60,000 nt of DNA from Lytechinus pictus (taxonomy: Eukaryota): contig NC_087251.1 of assembly GCF_037042905.1 (NCBI RefSeq), positions 39,000,001-39,060,000 on the forward strand, written 5' to 3'. Positions 14,901 to 26,900 of this stretch are shown piece by piece. The notes beneath the pieces are model-generated. The model ran no database searches. It had not been told where the DNA came from and worked only from the letters and a program-made list of their open reading frames with translations. Positions within the stretch are counted from its first letter, which is position 1, and every line of letters starts with the position of its first letter. Both the position numbers and the translations under genes were made by a program.

Positions 14901-17900
14901 AGGAATGGCGGAAAGTTCGGTCCTTGCCACAAATACTATGCAGAAATTAGTGGGAAAGTTAGTTGAATTTCAAAAAAGCCAAACTTTGTTAAAATTTAAA
15001 TGTTATTTTAATATTCTATGTTTAATTTATGATTATAATTCAATCAATCGTTAAATAAAATCATACGTAGAAAAATAGGTTGCAGTTATTAAGGGTTATT
15101 GGATTTATAAATATAAAGGCAGGATAATACTTACTCGGAGAAACATTTTCTTCTTGTCTCTTATTCTGCCTTCAAAACCATTCCATTGGCTAAGTTTTAT
15201 CACATGCAAACTGGGTAACACACATGAAGTTTGGAAATTAAAAGATGGAAGCCATTATCCAAAAGGGTCAGTGCTATTTTCTTACTGTCGTTATTTTGCC
15301 TTTTTACCTTTGCCTTAGAATCATTCATATTTTTCTGAGATAATATTCATATTGGTCAAAAAACCCTATTTGACAAAAATGAATATATCAAGATATTTTC
15401 ACCCTTGAATATACATTATTTCTAGGAAGTGGGACGAAACAATGTTGGAGATAGCATTCACATCCCTGGCAGAAGACTTTCTTCTTCCCGCTGGAGCTCC
15501 TGGTGGGATGGAAACTTATCGAAAATCGTTAGTCGTAGGATTCTTCTTCAAGTTTTATATTTTGGTCCTTCAACAGCTGCAATCTAAACAAGTGAGTTTA
15601 AACGGTTCTGTAGGTTATTATTGCACGATCAAACAAGAATAAACCTTATATTGATTAACATACGAATATGATTTTCATATTGAAGTAAACATCAAGGTAA
15701 AAAAGAAACAAGACATATTTTGATGAATTTCTTAATGAATAAATTTTTAGGCAAATAAAATTTCCATTTGCATTATAAACCTTGCTCAGGGGCCGGTTTC
15801 ATAAAAGACATACAACTGTTGTAACTTTATGTCAACTACCATGGCAACGGGGATCAGTAGCCAATCACAATCAAGGATATGATGACAGTTTTCATAGTTA
15901 AAAAGTTAAATTTATATAAATATTTATGTACGGACCACAAAAATATGGCAGTAACAGTGCAGGAAATGTTATACTTTGTAATAATATATCTTCTTATTAT
16001 TAAAAAAAAATCTAACTCGTTATTCAAAGTGCAGACTTGTGTATTGTGTATTTCATATTTTCTGGTCAAAATATAGATGAACCTTCCTCCTGAATTGACG
16101 TCATCCATCGACACGAGTGCCATAACTGTATTTAAAGATGGGCCTGTTGAAGGTGTTCAATTTTTCCAGGTTAGTCACTCTATTAACGCAAGTACAACCC
16201 ATTTCTGGCATATACTTATTATTGACATTTCTACTGTCGGTTCAAGTAATTTGACGAAATTACATCATCCATCGTCACAAGTGCCATAGCTCGGTAGAAA
16301 GATCGGTCAGTTAACGAGGTGAAATTCTTCCAGGTGGGTCACTATTAATGTAAATACCACGCATTTCTTTTACACGATGATTGAAAATAATTGCTGTAGC
16401 AATTTGACGCGATGGAGTCAAGAATCTCTTGGAAAGATTTCATTTTTAGAAGTTGCGCCTGTGAAAGGCATCTTCCAGGTAAGTCACTCCATTAATGCAT
16501 GTACCATTCATTTCTGTTATACGATAAATTACATTACTACTGTGGGTTCAAGCTTGTTGATGCAACATATTGTAGTCTCTTGAAGTCAAACGCATTCGAT
16601 TCTTTGAAGCTGAGCCCGTGAAAGGGTCCAGTTCTTCCAGGTTAGTCACTCCATTAATGCACGTACCATTCATTTCTGTTATACGATAATTTACATTACT
16701 ACTGTGGGTTCAAGCTTGTTGATGCAACAAATCGTAGTCTCTTGAAGTCAAACGAATTCGATTCTTTGAAGCTGAGCCCGTGAAAGGGGTTCAATTCTTC
16801 CAGGTTAGTCACTCCATTAATGCACGTACCATTAATTTATGTTAAACGATAATTTACATTACTCCTGTGGGTTCAAGCTTGTTGATGCAACAAATCGTAG
16901 TCTCTTGAAGTCAAACGCATTCGATTCTTTGAAGCTGAGCCCGTGAAAGGGTCCAGTTCTTCCAGGTAAGTCACTCCATTAATGCACGTACCATTCATTT
17001 TTGTTATACGATAATTTACATTACTACTGTGGGTTCAAGCTTGTTGATGCAACAAATCGTAGTCTCTTGAAGTCAAACGCATTCGATTCTTTGAAGCTGA
17101 GCCCGTGAAAGGGTCCAGTTCTTCCAGGTAAGTCACTCCATTAATGCACGTACCATTCATTTTTGTTATACGATAATTTACATTACTACTGTGGGTTCAA
17201 GCTTGTTGATGCAACAAATCGTAGTCTCTTGAAGTCAAACGCATTCGATTCTTTGAAGCTGGGCCCGTCAAAGGGGTCCAATTCTTCCAGGTAAGTCACT
17301 CCATTAATGCACGTACCATTCATTTTTGTTTTACGATAATTTACATTACTACTGTGGGTTCAAGCTTGTTGATGCAACAAATCGTAGTCTCTTGAAGTCA
17401 AACGCATTCGATTCTTTGAAGCTGGGCCCGTGAAAGGGGTCCAATTATTCCAAGTAGTCACTCCATTAATACACGCACCATCTATTTCTGATACTCTTAT
17501 ACAATGATTAATATATTAATGTATGTGCAAGCTTTCAATTTTGATAGAAGATGGGCATGTTAAAGGGGTCCAATTCTTCCAGGTAAGTCACTTCATGAAT
17601 GCACGTACCATATCTCTGTCACACTATAATTGACATTATCACTATAATTGACATTATCACTGTAGGTTTGCGTTATTTGATGCAATAAATTCAAGAGCTT
17701 CTTAAAAATGCATTCAGTCCTAAGAAGCCGTGCCTGTTAAAGGGGTCCAATTCTTCCAGGTAAGTCACTCCATTAATGCACGTACCATCCATTTCTGTTA
17801 TACGATGATTGGCATTACTACTGTGCGTTAAAATAAGTTGATGCATTATTTCCGAGAGTCTTTTGAAGACACATTTAATTCGCAGAATGGTAGATGATTT

Positions 17901-20900
17901 TGGGTACATTTTACATACCATAAGAATCCATTAACATAATCGGTCTAAATAATCTACTGGTAAACATGTGTTCGACAGCAAATAAGGAAAAATCAACCAA
18001 ATTCATGGTATACTCCAATCAATGCTGTGATTTATTTGCAGTGTTATTTGATTAAATTTGATGTTAAAAAAGAGGGGGGGAATGTAAATCTACGATATTA
18101 TTGTTAAAATCAGTTAATATATGTATATATATATATATATATAACTGACCACAGGTACGTCACATTCTATACCACTTTAGGAAGTATCCTCTGGCCAGCC
18201 AGACCACGATCCTGTGGGTCGTCCTATCAGTCACAAGGCTGCCTACCAACACGCCACGGGGGAGGCAGTATACATCGATGATATGCCTAGAATTTCGGGT
18301 AAAATATACTCTCTAAAACCATCTTCTAAACGGCGAAATCATAACTTAAAGAGTGAGAGTGTATTTAGAATAAGGAGTAAAAGTGCACTTTCGAGGAACA
18401 TTTTCTGAATAACAAAATTAACATTCACTCCAATCGAATGATCATTGATTTCACTTCTTGGGAAGTGAAATAGAGTAACTGATTCATTTAGTTCTCTCTT
18501 TATCCAAACATTAGTAAACTAAAATGTTTGTTCAATGCCACGAGGGGAACATTGATGATTTTATACATGTGTATCTATCTTCATCTTCTTCAAATACCAG
18601 CGTAATCGGTGTTTTAAAGTGTATGAGACGAGTCTTTGATATTAAAAATTTGTAATCCTCTTTGGCAGGAAGTCATAGAAAGGTGAACTTAATTTTGATA
18701 CAATTTCCTTTAAGTTGTTGTACGTATAAATGTAAAATATCTAAAAAATAATTCAATATCATATATGCGATTCAATCGGAAATGGTTTATTAAGATATAA
18801 GACAATAATCCACCTATGATGGCGGTGTGCAGCAGTATGAAAAGGAGTTGAATTTAAAAAAATCTTAATTTGAGAAGGCACAGAGTTATAACGAAAAGTG
18901 AAGATACATGTAGATGTAGTATGATTTTACTGGATGATAAAATACATCAGGCTGTGAATTTTCATTTGAAAATGCTAACAACGCGGACAAGGAAGATAAT
19001 TAGGTACCAACCTTAACATAGTTAATGAGTTCTTAAGCAAAGAAAATAGAATCACAACACTGAACAGAAGTGCATGGTAGACATTGAGCATGCTTTATCA
19101 TTTTATTATTATCGGTATTCGACATGACTCTCATATTAAATTTCTTTTCAAAGGTGAACTTCACATGGCATTTGTCTATAGCGGGAGAGCTCATGCAAAG
19201 ATCATGTAAGCACATCCTTTATATTTCAAGGTATACCTATTGCACACCTGCAATGATAATATGGTATTTTTGCATAGGACTACTCTGACACTAAAAGAAA
19301 CCATATAAAACAAACTAGTCATAATAAGATACATTCTGGGCATTAACTGATAAGTCATTTGAATTAATTAAGTGTAAAATCCTCAGAATGAAATTAGAGC
19401 ACCATTCAGTTTGCAGAAACTTTATTCCAAATATCGAACCTCTTGGTTTATATTAAAAAAAACCCATCAAATTGTATGGCTTGATTCTCTGTTCACGGGG
19501 CTAAAATGTTCATATATATCTTGAAATACACTATCAGAGCAGTATATTGTTCATTTTTGGTGCAGTTCACGATATCCCAGTGGAGTTATTTATTATTGAA
19601 ATGAGAATTGAAAGCTATTCATGAATCTTCACGAGACTCCTCTGTTACTGGGTGAAAACTGCAAAGAGGTCTTTATAAACAAAACTTTTAATATTCTCTT
19701 TATCTTTGAGATCTATGCTTGCCATTAATCGCCTTAAAGGTATAGAAAAGAATAAATAGAAATAATAATCCTAATCATTCGAACAATTTCGGGATATTTT
19801 GGGAAATTCTATGAACCTACATTTTTCAAGATAAATAATTTTGAAAAGTGTAAGCATTTATAACAAAACCTTTTTATTTCTTATCTATACAGATCCATCG
19901 ATCCATCTAATGCATTAGCCATGGATAGTGTTCATGACTTCATATCTGCTGAAGATGTTCCTGGTAGTAACTTTTTAGGCCCCATTATTCCTGATGAGGA
20001 ATTGTTCGCTACTAAAGAAGTAATTGTACCAACTTAGAAGAACTAGAAGATTTTGGACATTACTTGTTGTGTATTCTATAGCATCGTTGGAGTTCGTTTC
20101 TGTGTTACTGTCTTAAAATCTGTGTAAACTGAATTTGAAATGATTAATTGTAACTACGGCATGCAATGAATTCTCTTATGATAAAGTTTACATTTTATCT
20201 CATCAAAGACACATTTTCATATAATTTTACTGTACTTTCATCATGCCTCAAATTAATAGTATTCTTTTACTTTCACAGTCAAATCTGAAACATGATAAAT
20301 TATTGTGAACTAGTTTAGGACACTTATTTGCGAAACAATATGAGAGAGATGTCACATTCTTAAACTTTTTTATTCCTTCAGGTGATGCATATTGGCCAGA
20401 TCATCGGGGCTGTTCTCGCTGATACCAAGGAGCAAGCCCAACGAGCAGCCAAGGAAGTCAACGTCGAGTTCAATGATCTCGAGGCGGTGATCACGATTGA
20501 GGTACGTATATGACACTGTTATGGGATGAAAACATGCAATCAAATTTCACACGCAAATCCGCAACATCAGAGTTATTCACTTTAAATGATAGTACTTATA
20601 GCTGTGATATCTTTTTACAAACTGCGTCTAACATAAAACATTTCAAATCATTTTAACTCTGAAGAGAGAATGAGGAGGTTATGGGAATGGTAGACCTTGG
20701 AAAGTAAAACGACTTTCATTTATATTTTTCATAATATTAATATCTAAAGCTCAGTTGTGTTACCACATCATTCATTGTCATTTAATGCCAAGAGCTTATT
20801 TACTTACTTCTCTATTTTTTGCAGGACGCAATTGCAAAGGAGTCCTTCTTCGACTTCTCAAGAGTTATTGAAAGTGGTAATCTTTTAGAGGCTTTCGAGA

Positions 20901-23900
20901 AGTCTGACTACGTCATTGAAGGAGAATTGAAAGTTGGAGCTCAGGAACACTTCTACATGGAAACCCAGTGCGCATGCGTGGTACCAAAGGGGGAGGATGG
21001 GGAGTTTGAAGTATTCTGTGGTACTCAAAATCCTGCGGCTGTGCCGGTACGTTCCAACCAATTATTGTTTATCAGTTTAGATTCATGTGAAATAAAAATG
21101 ATGTCACGGTGTTACAGGGTTAAAATTGTCCCACAAGGGATACACAGTCACACATCTTTACTATCATACACCTTTTAGGTGTCTATTTATATCATGTGAG
21201 CTAAAAATATCCGACAGCTATTTATGCAGTATTACATTTCAAAAATCACATACTCTAAGATAGAAAAAAAAACGAATCTCGACTGATAAAATATGAACGC
21301 ACCAGCATTTAGATTTAACTGACAGAGGTATGTAATTGTGAAGAAAAGTTTTTTAAAAGTTGGTAATTTGATATTTCAACTAATCTATCGATTCTTATGC
21401 GAATCGACTAAGAGTGTATCTATCTAGAAGTATTTACAAATTTGATTCGGTTGCTCATTTGATGAATCAATCTTTTGAATTCAGACCTTCGTTTCTTCTG
21501 TCCTTGGAGTTCCATGTAATCGGATAACCGGTCGTTTCAAGCGGTTAGGTGGTGCCTTTGGTGGAAAACAGTATCGGTCGGCGATTCTCGCTGCCCAATG
21601 TGCTGTTGCTGCTAACAAGTAGGTATTTAATATAATTAACGTTTTAAACTACACCCTTAATCAACGGGTTCATCAATTTTTGACTAGCTCTTCGCCAATG
21701 TTGGGTCATATACTGTCCAACACACATTTTTGAAATTTATTATCTTGCTCCGGTTGGTCAACTTAGTCAACTAATACTTTGTGTAAATTTTCTATACCTA
21801 ACGTAAGGTGATCTCTCAAAATAAATTTTAAGCCTGTGTTGATCCTATATGCTACTGGGGTATTTATTAATCAATTGCATAACTTAAAGAAATTGCCCAA
21901 CTGTTCGGTCACAAGTTTTTTTTATCATTTATCATATTTTGTCGCCCTTATTTCCGAATTATTTCACGTTTGTCTATCCAACCCTATCCAGTTTTCGAAC
22001 TTGTTTTTCCTCTGCAATTTCTGTTTGGGCTCTTTCATCTGTTTGGGACTGAGATCGGATGCTAGCGATTACAGTTATCTCGCGTTTGACGCAATAAACT
22101 ACAAAAATTAAATGGAAATAATTTTGTTTTTGAAAGAAAATGGGATGCAAACATAATACTTTGGTTATCATTGATATATGCCCACATGACTGCGCTACAA
22201 ATTCGGTATTGAAGACTGTGATTTCATATAGTAGCACTGATGAAGAGTTTATCAGGGATATTAAGGAACAGTGTCGATTTGAATAAGATAACTCATAGTT
22301 AAAAGTGATATATCCATTAATGAGGAGAGAAAGCCAGATCAATTCCAGTCTCTGATCTCAAATACATGCGTTCTTTTAAAGGATGGCTCTTGTAAGGGTG
22401 CTTATAACGCTTTATGATAGGTCGTGATGAGGATATAGCATCAACAGGGACAAGGCATCGTTCTTAGGTCGCTATAAGGTCGGACTTATCTTCAAGTCTC
22501 TGATATCATTATGATTGTGTTCTCTTGGTCTCTAGGGTTGGTCGTCCAGTGCGTTTTATGTTAGATCGGAATGAAGACATGAAATCGACAGGGACAAGAC
22601 ATCCGTTCTTGGGTCGTTACACGGTCGGTTGTACCAAGGATGGAAAACTCGTCGGTGTTGACATCAAGATGTTCTCCAACGCTGGCTTCTCTTATGATGT
22701 TTCTACTGCGGTAAGTATATACAGGGTCTCGCAACATAAAACAATTGATCATGGGGCTGGTTTCTATGATTGATTGCATCGACTATTGTGTATGATCAAT
22801 CATAAAAAAAACCAAAAACCATTCGCTTAGCATTATGTAACGGGACCAAGGATACCGATCATTTTTTCCTGACAAGAAGGGGTAGATTTTATATAGTCAG
22901 AAATTTGGAAGTAACATCAGACAGTATTACAAAGCACAAACATTCGCAATTATGTTGTGCTATATCGGCCCCATTCTGCTTTCTTACGTTTAAACACGTT
23001 AATCATATTACGAATACAGTAATTTAGATATTAAAGTTCTGATTAAATTTAACCTTTTGCTCACAAACCCAAGTACTATCCGAAGAATTACCTCGAAATT
23101 TTCGGCTGCTAACTGCTGCCTAGATAAGTTCTTTTTAGAAAATGAGGAAAAGTCCAAAAAATTGCCCACAAAATTAGCTACTCAAAATTATGTTTAGGCC
23201 TAAATCCTGAGACATGCTTTTCGTTCTTCTTGATAAATTAATTAGTATCTTTTTAATATCAACATATTTTTTAAAATTGATATAAACATCATGTTACTTA
23301 TCTTCTTCATTAGATGCCTGCATATTCTGGAGGAGAATCTTTTAGAATTACAGGAGTTTTTATATATATTTCATAATAATAAAACATTAAATATGTAAGA
23401 AGTTTACATTAATGTCATAAAAGAAGAATTTTGAAGAATTATATGTTTTGGATAGAAACACGAAGAAACCGTCAATATCAATTTAGCTTTACCTAGACTA
23501 CAGGAAAATATTTTAACTTATTTCTTCGCATAAAACTTCCATACTACAGGTGATGGACAAAGCGATTCAGTATTTTGACAACGTATATCGGTTACCGGTT
23601 TTCCGGGTTGAGGGCCGAATTTGTCGTACCAACCTCCCGTCCAACGTAGCATTCCGTGCATTTGGAACACCACAGGCTATGATCATTACTGAATCACTCA
23701 TGGATGATGTCGCAGTCAAGTGCAGGATTCCTCAGCATAAAGTACGACATAAAAGTATTTACAAATACTTCAAGTTCTAATATTTTTTATGAAATTCTAT
23801 TTTGGGTGTATAAAATTGGCAAAATATAGGGATTGCTTTTATGGCTTCAAGAACTATTGATTGCAAAAGTAAATAATCATCACCAATGATGACCATATCA

Positions 23901-26900
23901 TTTCGGAAATAGTAATTCATTGTTTAATTTTGTTGAAAGCTGATCAAGGTGTAAATATCATGTGTATGGACACTACTCACAATTAATTTAAAGACAAATG
24001 TAATGTGCTGTAACTACGAGTAAATTCATTAAGAACCGATGGGCATTTTGATCTCCAGTTTCAGACATCGGTTAGAAAAGTGGTGGAGTGTTCATGATGT
24101 TTCAGACCCACTCTTGTGTGTGTGTGGGGGTGTGCGTATGTGTATCATTTAAAAGAACAGAGTGAGAACGTGTGAGAAGGGTACTGTATGTGCGTGAGAG
24201 TATGTGTGTGTGGGCGGGTGTGTGAGAGAGTGTGGGGGTGTGGGAGAGCGAATGAGACAGAGAGGTAGAAGGGGTATGAATGACTTGTTGGAAATTATGT
24301 ACACTGTTAAAAAAACCTGATTTTACAGAAAGAAAAAAAAAGATTTTGCAGAAAGCAATAACAGAATCGTTCTGTAAATTCATAAAACAGGATTTTTTTC
24401 TGCAATTTAACAGAACAGGTCTGTTTAAAAGGGGAAAAAGATGTTTTCTTTAAGGAAATTTGTAAGGTTCCATACACCAAATACCAATTTCCTGTAAGAT
24501 TACGCAATCTGGTAAGATTACAGGTGTTCTCGAGACTCTGCTGCAGGAACTTCTTTTATTTTAAGGATAAATTTTCTAACAGTGTAAGGGTTAAGTACAA
24601 GAAACAGACATCACTATTTCATCAAAATGTACATCTGTATCGAAATGAGACAAGCAATTTTTCAAGGCTCTAGACCTGTTTTTATCCTAAATTAAGTGTT
24701 CTGCCTTTGATAAAGACTGCCTTATTACAAGCAGTAGTTAGACCATGTATCAAATTGTGAATGGCAGAACAAGTCACCAATTATATGTTATGTTTCATTT
24801 ACCTATTTTCTCTTTCCTACGATTATCACTTTTTATGTCGTTAGGTAAGAGAGATGAATTTCTACCAGGAGGGTGACATCACACCTCAAAATCAGAAAAT
24901 CGAGGGGTTTATGTTGCCTCGCTGTTGGGATGAATGCTTGACCAAAAGCAACTTCGCCAGCCGCAGGGAGGCTGTGGACATTTTTAACAGGTGCATTTAA
25001 AAGTTTGTGTTGAAAATATTATGATTTTTTTTCGATCACATAAAAAACTCAATATTTACAGGATGTTGATACCGTTTGGATTAAAAAGAAGCAAAAGATC
25101 ATGTGTTGCTTTATTTGGGATATTATGTTTCATCGTGTTTAATGCTTACATTTTGAAACGTGTATTGCTGCGTTTTTTAATACTTGAACCCTCTTAAAGA
25201 CAATTCACCGGGGGCAGCTTCGCCAAAAGTTTTAGGTTTGAAGATTGTACCAAGATAAACTTCCATGCCAAATATTCGTATAATTTTCTACAATTGAGAA
25301 GGTATTGTTTATAGCTAATATTCTGCATCAGATGAAAGTTGATTCACATGAACATAATAAAAGTTTGGTAGCAATAGATTTTAGCAAAATAACAGATGGA
25401 GACCGAATTATGACGTCACAAATCGTCATCCTACGACTCCTGGTTTTAACCTCTTGAAAGTAGCCTTAATGTCCGCAAATTCAATGATTTCTAAGAAGAA
25501 GAGGAGGGAAGAAATGAGAGTATCAAAATGAGAAGTCTTGCTCGCATAGCTCTATTACCCCTATAATTCAATTGGCAAAAGAATAAAGTCTCTTCAAGTT
25601 GTCTTGCCCCCCCCCCTCAAAAAACTCTGCTCCGCCCCTAAACGTGACCGGCTAGAACAATCACTATGTTATGACAAAAGACTGACGTCACCACTTTTGT
25701 ATTCTATCCACCTGACTGTAGAATATGTCACCAAAATTGAAAATGTGTGTGTGCGAACATTTAAAAAATGTTGTTGTTACTTTATTGCATATATGATCAT
25801 TCCCAAGGGACGAGGTGGCCGAGTGGTTAAGGCGATGGACTGCTAATCCATTGTGCTCTGCACGCGTGGGTTCGAATCCCATCCTCGTCGCGACTTTTTT
25901 CTCTCTCTTTTAAGCATTGAAGAGAAATTTCGTATTTTGCATTATTGAACTATAATACCGTTGGAAACTGCAGAAATGGAAAAATGAAGATACATTAATT
26001 TTTAATGGTCATAAGTCAAATAATGTTCAAGTAAGAAAATAAACACTTAAATAATCAGAACAACAAATTTGAATGTTTGACAACATACACAAGACTGATT
26101 CTTTAATGGTTTGGAACCGTGTTTTATCGAGTTATTAGTAAATACAATTTATAGCACTATGGAAGTGAAATCTGGAAAAAAAATTTTTTTAGCAGATTAT
26201 GCAGTACTATGTTCACAATGATTATGTATAAAATTTGAAACTTTAATGACGTAAATTATATTTTTATTATTTAAAAAATGTATTTACCTGCGTAGGAATA
26301 ATCGCTGGAAGAAGAGAGGACTTGCCATCATTCCTGTCAAGTACGGCGTTTCCTTTCACATACTACACTTAAATCAAGTAAGATCGTTGTTTTTATATAC
26401 GAGGAGACCATGTTTTGATGGTCCATTTATAGGTAATGATAATTATCCCAAAATGAAAATGATGCTGAAGCATGATTTATTATTCAGAATATCAGAAAGG
26501 TCTTCCAGCTTTCACCCCTCTATATATCTGTCTCTTTCACTCTCGCTCCCTCTCTCTTCCATGCACAAACAGACATTCACACACACACCCACCCACACAC
26601 GCGCATAATTGCACGCGCACACAACCACACACACACTCCACTTGCACCTACACACGTGTGCGTGCGCACACACCCTCTAACTCTATTTCTCTCATTCACT
26701 TCCTGAATTTCTCGCCACCTTTTTTTTTAGTAAAGCTCGAGGGGTCCTTGACAATTCGTTGAAAACTGCCAGTTCCCTTCTAGGCCTTCATCATTATAAG
26801 AACATCTTCTATTCACTGTGGCGACCTCCTTCGATTATACATTATATGCCTATACATTCCATTTTTATTTGTAATGTTGACTGAACGAAAATGAAATATT

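Noticed and set aside
16170..17830. CRISPR-like appearance of regularly spaced repeats
   Set aside because: Whole units are repeated with no unique spacers, the context is a eukaryotic intron and no cas genes are present.
24110..26680. His/Thr-rich ORFs at 24102-24383 and 26387-26762
   Set aside because: Translations of degenerate GT/GA and CA microsatellites.
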